From Candidatus Onstottus frigus (GTDB taxonomy: Bacteria > Acidobacteriota > Blastocatellia > UBA7656): a DNA stretch of 64,000 nucleotides. The notes under the pieces are model-generated. The model had not been told where the DNA came from, did not search any database, and saw nothing but the letters and a program-made list of their open reading frames with translations. The stretch spans positions 257,847 to 321,846 of the forward strand of contig JBBPIG010000002.1 of NCBI GenBank assembly GCA_038040445.1, given 5' to 3'. The translations under genes were made by a program, and so were the position numbers. Shown one piece after another: positions 48,984-58,033 of the stretch. The stretch's first letter is position 1; every line of letters begins with the position of its first letter.

Positions 48984-50978
48984 TTAACTCCCAAACGGAC
49001 TGTAATCGCTATCCGCCCAGCGGCGCTTCTCGAAGCTGAAATGATAAACCATCATCATCAACGGGAGGAGCGAAACGAACAGCATCACCAAGAACAAATG
49101 CAGAGCCCGAGGGACGCCCTGATCGATGCGGACGCTGACCGTCGCCGGCTGCTGCCACTTCTCCCACTGCGCCTCGAGCCGCAGCATGTACTGGCCTGCA
49201 GGCATTGCAGAAAGGTGAATGGTTGGAGATTGACTCCCTTCGCTCCACGATTCGCCGCTATCGACACCGTGATAATACTCGACCGGCATCGAGAAAGATT
49301 GAACCTCCCCTGTTGCGTCGTCTATCAAATCTCCTTCGACGTACAGCCATGAGTTGTCGACGTTGGCCCGCGCAGTCACCCTGAGGTTCTGCCGGCCTTT
49401 CAACTGAAACGGCTCGCTGAAGATCACCTGCGTGCCCTCGGCGTTAGCGACCGGCTGCAGCGCAAACGTCTGATCGAAGACCTTCGTGCGAGAGCCAGTC
49501 GCAATTATCACCAAGCCCAGCAGGAAGGTCGCCGCCAACATCAGGATCCAGTACTTGTAGACCTTCTTGTGAAGAAACAGTTGATTGGGCGCGATCTTCG
49601 ATGTGCGTGGAAGGTCGGTCATGCCAAAAGACTTCTCGACATCCTCGCGTTTCACGTAAGTCCCGAGCGACCAGTTGATCTCGCCCGTCTGCGCCGAGCT
49701 CACCTTCTTGCTCTTCTTCTTCGACGTGGGCTCGGTGTCTTCTTCCACTCCGAGCTGAACCAGCGAAGCCTCCATCGACAGCATTCGAGGCGGATGAACG
49801 TAGTCGACAGCACGCGTCTGCTCGCCCACGGCAACCTTCCAATAGAACTCGCCGATGACGTACTCAACACGCGCGATCGCGTCTTGATAGATCTTGTAGC
49901 GCTCGCCCTGAAACTGAACCGTGTCGCCCTTGCCTCCGAACGAACCGGTTTTGTGAAAAACGTCGCCGGGCGGGACCGCTTGCACGTAGCTCCAGTTGTC
50001 ATCGCTTCGCACCAGCCAGCGGAATCCGATCTGCGGGTTGTAGAGCAGAAATTCTTCCCAGTAATAGCGCACGCCTTCGAACTCGACGCTGCGGACCATG
50101 AACCCGATGACCATTTGCTTGACGCCTTCGAACTCGCCGACAGAGCCGATGGGAATGATCGGCGGAGTCTTCGGCGGCTGAAGCGCCTGCATGAACTCGA
50201 GCCGCCCGTGACTCACATCGAGCAGCGCGCCGCAGTTCGGACACGTCACTCGAAGAGTCTGATCCGGCGCGCGCAGCTCGAGCGGCCCTCCGCATTGCGT
50301 GCAGTTAAGCTGAGTCGCTGCGACTCGACGCGCTTCTCGCTCAGGCGAAGCCGTGCCGGCTAAGCCTAGTTCCGCGAGCGTCGCTACGCGTCCGACAAAC
50401 ACGAGCGGCGGGGCCTCACTGTAATCGAGCGTCGCAAAGATACCGTTCGGTCCAGACAGATCGGCGAACTCGTACTCTTCGCCCGGCACAAGCCGGTAAG
50501 GTATTTCGCCTTTCGCGCCAAGCTGAGTCGCAACGCTCTTCTCGGCCACGGTCAACGGCACCGAGGTTCCCAAAGCAGCCACCGGCCCGCCGAGTTGGAT
50601 CATTTCGAAAGGCGGGATCAAGCTTTGCTCTGGGATGGACTGCTGAAAAGTCAGGTAGAATCGGCCCTGCGCTTCTGCTATCCAGCCCCAGCGGCCGTCT
50701 TGAAACGCGGCATACCACTCGTCCCACATTCCGCCCGCTTCGTGGCCGAGTTGAGCGCGTCCTGTTAACTCGAAGGGAACGCCTTGATACACGCCGCGTA
50801 AACCAACATCGAGCGGCGAGCCGGTTTCAACGAGGTCCGCGACTTTGCCCAGATCTTCAAGCTTGCGATCGCCGCGCGCGACTACTGAATGACAGAACTC
50901 GCACACGACGACGATGGACGAGCCCATCTTGAAAGCGATTGGCGCGCCGCATGCTGGACAGGAGACTTCAACACTCAC
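48984..50978 (-). CDS. Double zinc-ribbon / DUF4178-like membrane protein
   Basis: Two CxxC…CxxC ribbons (CPACGAPIAF…CEFCHSV; CTQCGG…CPNCGA), central TM; start overlaps speH stop. Confidence 0.6.
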   Translation of the reverse strand: MSVEVSCPACGAPIAFKMGSSIVVVCEFCHSVVARGDRKLEDLGKVADLVETGSPLDVGLRGVYQGVPFELTGRAQLGHEAGGMWDEWYAAFQDGRWGWIAEAQGRFYLTFQQSIPEQSLIPPFEMIQLGGPVAALGTSVPLTVAEKSVATQLGAKGEIPYRLVPGEEYEFADLSGPNGIFATLDYSEAPPLVFVGRVATLAELGLAGTASPEREARRVAATQLNCTQCGGPLELRAPDQTLRVTCPNCGALLDVSHGRLEFMQALQPPKTPPIIPIGSVGEFEGVKQMVIGFMVRSVEFEGVRYYWEEFLLYNPQIGFRWLVRSDDNWSYVQAVPPGDVFHKTGSFGGKGDTVQFQGERYKIYQDAIARVEYVIGEFYWKVAVGEQTRAVDYVHPPRMLSMEASLVQLGVEEDTEPTSKKKSKKVSSAQTGEINWSLGTYVKREDVEKSFGMTDLPRTSKIAPNQLFLHKKVYKYWILMLAATFLLGLVIIATGSRTKVFDQTFALQPVANAEGTQVIFSEPFQLKGRQNLRVTARANVDNSWLYVEGDLIDDATGEVQSFSMPVEYYHGVDSGESWSEGSQSPTIHLSAMPAGQYMLRLEAQWEKWQQPATVSVRIDQGVPRALHLFLVMLFVSLLPLMMMVYHFSFEKRRWADSDYSPFGS

Positions 50979-51418
50979 CGGCGACTCACCTCACGCGCTG
51001 AAGTCAATTCCGAAACCTGCGCCTCGAATGAAGGGCGGCCGCTTGCTTCGAGTGAATCGTGGTCGGCAGCCGCTTGCGAGCCGCGAGCAGCCGTTCGCAC
51101 GGTCACTCGACTCGCGTTAAGCATCGCGCGCAAGCGCTCTTCCCAGGCGAAGGGCGGACGCGGACGGCAACAATAGAGATTGAACGTCGCTAGTCCCGTC
51201 TCAGGAAACGTATGGCAAGCGAGGTGAGATTCAGTGAGCAAGTACAACCCGGTTACACCGCCTGGCTGCGGGAACTGGTGCCACATCGGATCGCCGACAA
51301 CGCGCAGACCGAGATCCGCGATGACCTCTTCGCAAACACTGCGAACCGTGTCGATGTCGCGAAGAGCTTCTGCCGAACAACCCTCCGCGTCAACCAGCCA
51401 CTCAGTGCCAACATTCAT
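50975..51418 (-). CDS. speH: S-adenosylmethionine decarboxylase proenzyme (class 1B, pyruvoyl-dependent)
   Basis: LTESHLACHTFPE processing/active-site motif; ORF track extends to 51643 but the conserved protein starts at MNVGTEW (51418). Confidence 0.8.
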   Translation of the reverse strand: MNVGTEWLVDAEGCSAEALRDIDTVRSVCEEVIADLGLRVVGDPMWHQFPQPGGVTGLYLLTESHLACHTFPETGLATFNLYCCRPRPPFAWEERLRAMLNASRVTVRTAARGSQAAADHDSLEASGRPSFEAQVSELTSAREVSRR

Positions 51419-51709
51419 GATGATTGCTCTAGAAGATTCCCTTGAGTTCGCCGCTGAACCGAGAAAGAAACGTGGCGATTCTGACGACGAACGGTGACAG
51501 GTTACAGGGAGAGATTGCGGCGTGCAAGGCTGGTGCGTGTTGCCACGTGAGAGCTGCTGCATAGAGCGAAGGGGCTTGCTTAGTAATCGGGGTGTATGTA
51601 GGATTTGACTCGCAAGCACCTCGAAGGCACGGATCCTCACCACGCGATATCGGAATTATCCTTGGCCTCAAGACTCTCGAGTTGAGACCTTAGCGAGTGA
51701 TGCTGCCTC

Positions 51710-52528
51710 ATGGCACCTGGTTCAGTAGGCCGGGTAATGCCGCCAGCATCGACCAGAAAAGGACTCTATATGACTAACAGGATTCCACCGGTTTTAGGCA
51801 ATGCCCGTAAGTATGGCTCAGTAGTCCGCAATTACTTGGCAGCCGGTCTAATAGGTTTGCTTTTGGTATCGACAATGATGCGGACGGTTGAGGCGGCGGA
51901 CGGCGACCTCGATACAACTTTTGGTTCGGGCGGGATAGTAAGGTCGAACTTCTTTTTTAACGCGATAGCAATCCAAAGCGATGGCCGGATGATCGCTGCC
52001 GGAGGTATCTCCACTCTTACGAATGCCGGTTTTGAATTTGATTTTGCATTGGCTCGTTACAACATCAATGGGAGTCTTGATCCGACCTTCGGCTCGGGCG
52101 GCAAAGTTACGACTCATTTCCCCACTGTGGAGTCTGTGAGAGCACTCGCCATCCAGGGTGATGGCAAGATCATTGCCTCAGGGGTTCTCGGCAATCTAGC
52201 AAGATACACTAGCGACGGAAGCCTCGACGCAACCTTTGGCGCAGGCGGTAAGGTTAAGGCCGAAATCGACGTTTTCTCAGTGGCCCTCCAAAGCAACGGC
52301 CAAATCGTTGTTGCAGGCGACGTTCTCATGAATCCCAGTGATACTGACTTCGCGCTAGCCCGATACAATGCTGATGGAAGCCCGGACCTCACGTTTGGGC
52401 CAGGTGGCAAGGTAGTCACTGCGTTTTCCAGCAGCTATGATTTCGCGCTTGATGTCTTGATTCAAAATGACGGCAAAATCGTCGCTGTTGGATACTCCAA
52501 CAATGCAGGTTCCTTTGCGGTTACGTGA
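51710..52528 (+). CDS. Delta-60 repeat (TIGR02608-like) secreted/anchored protein, part 1
   Basis: N-terminal anchor; repeated DFALARYN-DGSLD-TFG-GGKV… units. Confidence 0.6.
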   Translation: MAPGSVGRVMPPASTRKGLYMTNRIPPVLGNARKYGSVVRNYLAAGLIGLLLVSTMMRTVEAADGDLDTTFGSGGIVRSNFFFNAIAIQSDGRMIAAGGISTLTNAGFEFDFALARYNINGSLDPTFGSGGKVTTHFPTVESVRALAIQGDGKIIASGVLGNLARYTSDGSLDATFGAGGKVKAEIDVFSVALQSNGQIVVAGDVLMNPSDTDFALARYNADGSPDLTFGPGGKVVTAFSSSYDFALDVLIQNDGKIVAVGYSNNAGSFAVT

Positions 52529-53136
52529 CAACCGATTTTTTCAATGGCGACGATCTTGGGACTGACGTTGCCCTCCAGGCCGACGGCAAGATCATCGTTG
52601 TAGGACAGATTAAAACCTCTAGCAGATTTGATGAGGTATATCATTTCGGACTGGCCCGATACACCAGCGCGGGTAGCCTTGACGCGACCTTTGGCTCCGG
52701 CGGTAAAGTCATCACCATTGTCTCTAACGATGGCGACCGAGCGACTGGCGTAGCGATCCAGAGTGACGGCAGAATTGTTGTTGCAGGCCAGGCCAGCAAC
52801 TCAGATTTCCCGGGCGTGCTAGCTCGATACAACAACGTAGTTTTCGACACCTGCATCCGGGATGACAGCAATGGGAGTATCCTGACGCTAAACTCAATTA
52901 CAGGGGACTACCTGTTCACAACTTGCAGTGGTCTTACTATTGGAGGGACAGGAACACTAATCAAGAAGGGCGGTATCATTACTCTGCAGCACTACGGCCC
53001 TGACCGCAGGGTAATCGTCAAGATCGATATGAGCGCAAACAAAGGCAATGCGTCAATTCAGATCTTTTCGCAAGGGATGACTTTCACCATTATGGACCGA
53101 AACACTGCCAACAGTTTCTGTGTATGTACGTCGTAA
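52525..53136 (+). CDS. Delta-60 repeat protein, part 2 (probably the same gene, frameshifted or split)
   Basis: Continues the same repeat (LARYTSAGSLDATFGSGGKV…); starts GTG overlapping part-1 stop (GTGA); T6 homopolymer 10 nt downstream. Confidence 0.5.
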   Translation: MTTDFFNGDDLGTDVALQADGKIIVVGQIKTSSRFDEVYHFGLARYTSAGSLDATFGSGGKVITIVSNDGDRATGVAIQSDGRIVVAGQASNSDFPGVLARYNNVVFDTCIRDDSNGSILTLNSITGDYLFTTCSGLTIGGTGTLIKKGGIITLQHYGPDRRVIVKIDMSANKGNASIQIFSQGMTFTIMDRNTANSFCVCTS

Positions 53137-53312
53137 GCCTAGTATTTGACCTAAAGCAGACACGCGAGCCCGCGACGCTAGTTTTGGCCGGTTGGGCGGG
53201 ATGCGAGCCTTTCAGTCCTGGCGATAACCGCCACAAGCCTTCCGACGAGGGCGTTAAGACGAGTAGTTAAGGCTAAACCCAACCGCCAACCCGAAGCGTG
53301 ATCGCGATCAGT

Positions 53313-54164
53313 CTACCTACCAAGCCGCTTCGACGGATACCCGATGTGAATGTGCGCTCCCGTAGCCGAACCCGAAACAGCATGCCTAAATGCGATGAAC
53401 GGAATGCCTGCGCTGCGCAAGTAAGCCATCAACGCCTGGCCTTCCGCGCTGTCGGGGCTCACGGCTACGTCTATCGAGTTGTGGTGATCGAAGCCCAGGT
53501 GGTCGTGAACCGCTGTTTGTCCGAACGCGCTTATGGGTAGCGCATGATTGAATCTCAACGCGAAGAAGCCTTGAACCTTCGCGGCGTCGGTCAGCACCCA
53601 GTGCGCCGGCCCGTTGTACCGAATCAGCGCGGCGGTTGTTTGATAAGCTCCAAGACGCGACGGCCCAAGCTTCGCCAATTGCTCTTCTGCTTTCGCTTCC
53701 GCAATCAAGTTGTCAGCATCAGTCATCTGCTTCTTGGTGTCGGCAACCTTCGTTTGCGCGACTGCCAGCGCTTGTTCGCTCTCATCAACTTCCTTTTTTG
53801 AAATGATGCTCTCGACAAGCAAGGCCTTCCTCTTTTCAAGCGTCTCGGCAAGGGCCTTCACGTCGTTCTCTTGAAACACCAGCAGCTTTCCGAGACTCGC
53901 CTTGTAATCGTTAGCGGCGGCGATGACTTCGGCCTTCGCCTTTGCCACTCGTTGGGCGAGGCTCGGTTCGGACTTGCGGGGCGCTTTCTTCTTGCCCTGC
54001 GCTAGCGAAGTCCCCATGGTTGCGATTAACACCAGTATCAGAACGATGCCGCAAACCCCAACGCTGAGCCGCCGGTGTACTCGCAAAACACGCGCGCGAT
54101 CCATACACCGCAGTACGTTTAGCTTTAAGTTTATTTGGGCTTCTTTCGTTCCGCAGTGCATCAA
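53313..54164 (-). CDS. Membrane-anchored coiled-coil protein with C-terminal M23-like metallopeptidase motifs
   Basis: TM anchor; long Ala/Lys/Glu coiled coil; C-terminal H-x3-D (HLGFD) and GSATGAHIHIG (HxH). Confidence 0.4.
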   Translation of the reverse strand: MMHCGTKEAQINLKLNVLRCMDRARVLRVHRRLSVGVCGIVLILVLIATMGTSLAQGKKKAPRKSEPSLAQRVAKAKAEVIAAANDYKASLGKLLVFQENDVKALAETLEKRKALLVESIISKKEVDESEQALAVAQTKVADTKKQMTDADNLIAEAKAEEQLAKLGPSRLGAYQTTAALIRYNGPAHWVLTDAAKVQGFFALRFNHALPISAFGQTAVHDHLGFDHHNSIDVAVSPDSAEGQALMAYLRSAGIPFIAFRHAVSGSATGAHIHIGYPSKRLGR

Positions 54165-54424
54165 ATCTTCCTTCGATCGTAGCGCTCTGCAAGCCGCCAG
54201 CGTTGAACCATCACCACCTGACCGTCAGGCTTGAGCCGCACGCTGATTTCATCTCTGCGATTCGGCCTTCCGCCTTCGCCGCGCGCGAGCACATCTACAA
54301 CTTCTCCGTAGCGAATCACGCTGGTGAAGGTCCGAAACCCCACGATGTCGCCAACTCGCACCGTCTTAATCATAACACTCCGAGGCCGGTCGCGCGCAAA
54401 GACGCCAAGCCGCAAAGAGCGCAA
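54161..54424 (-). CDS. Small DUF1918-like protein
   Basis: MIKTVRVGDIV…RYGEVV…RLKPDGQVVMV SH3-like pattern; likely start 54373. Confidence 0.35.
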   Translation of the reverse strand: MRSLRLGVFARDRPRSVMIKTVRVGDIVGFRTFTSVIRYGEVVDVLARGEGGRPNRRDEISVRLKPDGQVVMVQRWRLAERYDRRKI

Positions 54425-54478
54425 AGCTTCTTCGCGCCTTAGCGTCTTGGCGTCTTTGCGTTAACGTGCCCTTCACGC
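54393..54478. repeat. Hairpin repeat (GCAAAGACGC…GCGTCTTTGC family), copy 1, at the 3' end of the RidA gene
   Basis: CAAAGACGCCAAGCCGCAAAGAGCGCAAAGCTTCTTCGCGCCTTAGCGTCTTGGCGTCTTTG palindrome followed by GCGTTAACGTGCCCTTCACGCC. Confidence 0.55.
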
Positions 54479-54952
54479 CTTCACTGCGATGCACTCGACT
54501 TCAATCCCCATCCCTAGGAGCAACTGACTGCCGACAGTCGCCCGCGCGGGATAGGCTTCGGTGAAATAGCGTTTGTACGCCTCGTTCATCTTGCCGAAGT
54601 TCGCAAGGTCTGCGAGATAGACGTTCACCTTGACCACGTCGGCGAGCGTGGCGCCAGCCCCTTCGACTATGGCTTTGATGTTCTCAAGGACCTGGATCGC
54701 CTGCTCATCAAAAGTCGCGGCCATCTTTCCGGTCTTCGGATCGAACGGTCCCTGCCCGGCGACGTAGATCGTGTTGCCGGCGACGATCGCCTGACTATAC
54801 GGGCCTACCGGCTTCGGAGCGCGATCAGTGGATACTTTCTTCTTCCCGGCTTTGGCCTGAGTCGAGTTCGTTGTGGCAAGCGCGCTGCCTGCGGTCCCAG
54901 CCGCGGCAAGCGCCGTCGCGCCACTGGTCTTGATGAATTTTCTTCGCGTCAT
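54473..54952 (-). CDS. RidA/YjgF-family protein with twin-arginine signal
   Basis: MTRRKFIKTSGATALAAAG Tat motif; RidA fold signature. Confidence 0.8.
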   Translation of the reverse strand: MTRRKFIKTSGATALAAAGTAGSALATTNSTQAKAGKKKVSTDRAPKPVGPYSQAIVAGNTIYVAGQGPFDPKTGKMAATFDEQAIQVLENIKAIVEGAGATLADVVKVNVYLADLANFGKMNEAYKRYFTEAYPARATVGSQLLLGMGIEVECIAVKA

Positions 54953-55016
54953 TTCTATCGCTCCTGTTATGCGCCTGCGAGGCGCGGTGGTATTCGATTC
55001 AGCGTGAAACCAAGCT

Positions 55017-55110
55017 TAACGCAAAGACGCAAGGCCGCGAAGAGCGCAAAGTCTCTTCGTTCTTTGCGTCTTTGCGCCCTTGCGTCCTTGCGTTAAGTTC
55101 CCGTTCACCT
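55017..55110. repeat. Hairpin repeat, copy 2, at the 3' end of the GNAT gene
   Basis: AACGCAAAGACGCAAGGCCGCGAAGAGCGCAAAG…CTTTGCGTCTTTGCGCCCTTGCGTCCTTGCGTTAAGTTCCCGTTCACC. Confidence 0.55.
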
Positions 55111-55111
55111 G

Positions 55112-55702
55112 TCAGACGGATTCTTCGGGCTTCCCGACACGCTTTGCCATCCAGATGTCCGGTTTGCCAAAGCCACTCGCGTCTGGAATGAGGCCGACAA
55201 TTTCAAAACCAACTTTTTGATAGAACTCAAAGGGATGCTGACGCAGATTCTGTATCACTCGAAGCTTGCCCAAGACGTCCGGGTAGAGTTCAATCCCACC
55301 CACGGAGGTCCGAGAGTTCTCATCGTCGGTGCCTAGCATAATTGTCGTACCCCCCCGCTGAGCAACTTGTTGTTCAAGATCCAACACCAGCGCGCGACCC
55401 ACTCCTTGCCTCTGCCAATCCCGGCGGACGACCAACGGATGAAGCTCCCAAACGTGTCCGGTCTACTCTTCAATCCCGCCGATCCAGCCTTGTACGTTGC
55501 CCCCTTCGTCAACGGCAATCCTGGTGATGCGCCCCGGTTGAAAAGACTCTCTCACTTCCGCTAGAGCGTCGTCGAGATTCGTCCAGGCCTCCGAACCAGT
55601 ATCACGAAAGCCATCCACGAGAAGCCTCGCAGCTTGCTCGACCGCTCGGGTGTTATCAGCAGTGAGATCGATGATTCTCATACAACCTTCCGGCGCTCTC
55701 AC
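55112..55702 (-). pseudogene. AAC(6')-I-like GNAT aminoglycoside N-acetyltransferase homolog interrupted by one in-frame TAG
   Basis: The two ORFs are in the same frame; read-through gives …GWIGGIEE*TGHVWELHPLVVRRDWQRQGVGRALV…YPDVLGKLRVIQNLRQHPFEFYQKVGFEIVGLIPDASGFGKPDIWMAKR; the stop replaces the conserved Tyr (AAC(6')-Ii: …YGITGWELHPLVV). Confidence 0.7.
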
Positions 55703-56760
55703 AACGTCTTCAGCGACGCGATCAGCGCCTTACGATCTTCCGCCGAAAGATCCAGCCCGAACTCTTGCCCCTTCACCGCACGCGTCTTCACTTCAGAGCC
55801 CTTGAATCCTGTCGGCACATAGTCGTCTCGCAAGCGTCGGCGGTCAAACCAATCCTCAAGAGTAGCAACGGAGCCGCTGTGCTCGAAGGGCCCTCTATAC
55901 CACACACCCTTCAGCGAAGGTACTTTGCACCGGATACGACGGGCTCGAACGATGACGCGCTAACACTCCCGGCGGAATCGCCTCATGCGGCGAGGCAAGG
56001 TCTTCAACTGACATCTTGTCGAACTTGTTCTCCGGTTTGGAGTCACCGCCGGGCACGGTAAAGAGTAAACGTTCGAGGGTCCGTGGGGCGTCAACTTTGT
56101 CGGCTGCTGATCGGAAGTCATAGGCCAATGCGCGGTCGAACGGGGAATTGCCCTGCGCGCCTTTGGGGATTCTTCCGTACGGCATGACCCGTGTGTGGCA
56201 CATCGCGCAAGAGAGAATTCCAATCTCGACCTCTCCTTTTTCCGAGATAACGTAGCGGTAAAACGGTAACGTGCCGTCCTTAGCAACGTGCGCTATTGTT
56301 GTTGAGTACCATTTCGCCTCTTCAGGTAAAGCTCACTACTCGGCCCTAGGGCGCCCAACTTGCCGGTGCCTATGGGCGCGTCGAATACAAGTTCGCCCGC
56401 CTTTATCCAATCTTGCTCTGTCCTGAGTTTTGAAGCATCGAAGATGATTTCTGGTTCCAGCTTGCCAAGCCCTTCGATGTATTCCGGCGGCTCTTTATCC
56501 GGGGCGTACACCGGATAGCTCTTGTAGATTGGCCGAACAGGGATGCGGTAGTAGTAATCAGCGGGAATATGCTTCGGTGAGCTAGCAGGATCGGAAAGGG
56601 GTATTTCTAACGCGGCGATCTCGGTGTCCACCCAGGTCTTTGGTATCTCAGGCTTCCAGTTGTTAGGAGTCCTCTGCGCATCACCTCTACGGGCGAAGAC
56701 AACGCACCCCAACACGAGCAAGAGAGCAAGGAAGTACCGCTTAAGGTTTCTGTGATTCAT
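55699..56760 (-). pseudogene. Secreted mono-haem c-type cytochrome gene broken into three ORFs by at least two frameshifts
   Basis: Signal peptide ORF (56293-56760) runs into stop; +1 frame continues …AHVAKDGTLPFYRYVISEKGEVEIGILSCAMCH (CxxCH) into ORF 55895-56203, which overlaps out of frame with 55699-55905 (…AEGCVV / WYRGPFEHSG…). Confidence 0.5.
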
Positions 56761-56919
56761 CAGAGCCCCCGTCGCAACTGTCGGTAGTTATCCACCATTC
56801 CTATCGTTCGAAGCAGCAGCTTCTGCTGCAGTCTAAGGGTGCGTACCTCGCGACGAGTAGTTTGCGGTTGTGGAGCATAGGGCCAGTTGGAAGGTCGCTC
56901 GCCACCTAGATGAACCCTG

Positions 56920-57384
56920 TCACCGTTCCACTTCATCACCCTCTTTCGTTCTCGCCAAGGCGGCTTGCTTCAACGCGGCCAAAAGTTGCTTGATCATGTC
57001 CTGATCGAGGAGCGCTGCTTTGTCGAAGTGATAGTGGGCAGTCCACCGTTCACCCGTTTTCTCGGCGATTTCATCTCGGGGCACAACCGAGAGGAAGAGG
57101 GTCGGGACATCAGCATTTTTCGGCCCGAGTTCTTTGTTTTGAAGTTTCTCAGCGAGTTCGAGGCCACCAAGACCGCCAGATCTCCAAGAAGCTGGATCGT
57201 CAAAGACCAGATCAAGCAGTACAACATCGAAAGGCTCCGACCTCAGCAGGTGCTCAGCGGTGGAGATGTCTGCAGCCGCGGACACCAGCCACCCTTCTCT
57301 CTCAAAGAAGAGTCCCAACGGACGAAGCAGAGACGTCGCATCGTCGTCAACCCAAAGGAGGCGGAGGTTCTTGGTCATGATCAA
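56920..57384 (-). CDS. Stand-alone response-regulator receiver domain protein
   Basis: LRLLWVDDD…DVVLLDL…; no output domain; start overlaps upstream gene end. Confidence 0.75.
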   Translation of the reverse strand: MIMTKNLRLLWVDDDATSLLRPLGLFFEREGWLVSAAADISTAEHLLRSEPFDVVLLDLVFDDPASWRSGGLGGLELAEKLQNKELGPKNADVPTLFLSVVPRDEIAEKTGERWTAHYHFDKAALLDQDMIKQLLAALKQAALARTKEGDEVER

Positions 57385-57965
57385 CCCAGTCGTGGTAGAG
57401 CCAGTGAAGAAAACTCGTTTAGAGCAGAAAGCAACAGTTCGTGCTGGCTCTGGCTAATTACCGACAATGCCCTATCTATCTCGGTGGCCTCGCGGTCACC
57501 GATCTCCAGCCACTGGCCGTCCCATACGCCAGTCATGTCCAAAAAGAGGGAGATCTCGATCGCTTTTTCCTTCGCAACCTGAAAGCGACGACGCTCGTCG
57601 TTATCAAACACGCTGTGATGCTCACGGTATGCCGTGATAACCGCGTCTTGGGCGTGTTGCACGCGCTCGCGTCGTTCAGCGGCAAGCAATGACTTCGGCG
57701 CAGATCTGATCAAGAGCAGCATCTCGTCTTGGAAGCTCTGAATCGCTTTGGAACTTTCGCGAATAGCCTTCTGCTTCTCGCGCCACTGCTCGATCGCAAT
57801 ATCCCAGGCCCGACCGTCTCGCGTAAGACTCTTCTGCTGACGACTATACGAACGCGACTGGAGAAACTGAAGGATGCCAGTAGTAATCGCGACGAGCAGG
57901 GCCGACCCGGACGTTACTAGCGCAATGAGAATCTGAGTATCCATGCCTTCGATTTCTCGGCTCAC
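57381..57965 (-). CDS. Membrane-anchored helical hypothetical protein
   Basis: One N-terminal TM helix, remainder helical; 4-nt overlap with receiver gene. Confidence 0.4.
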   Translation of the reverse strand: MSREIEGMDTQILIALVTSGSALLVAITTGILQFLQSRSYSRQQKSLTRDGRAWDIAIEQWREKQKAIRESSKAIQSFQDEMLLLIRSAPKSLLAAERRERVQHAQDAVITAYREHHSVFDNDERRRFQVAKEKAIEISLFLDMTGVWDGQWLEIGDREATEIDRALSVISQSQHELLLSALNEFSSLALPRLG

Positions 57966-58033
57966 GATCGCCGAAGGTGTTCTAGCTGACGATCGTGCGG
58001 CGCGTCTTTCCTCGCTAAATGTGTATTGAAGAG

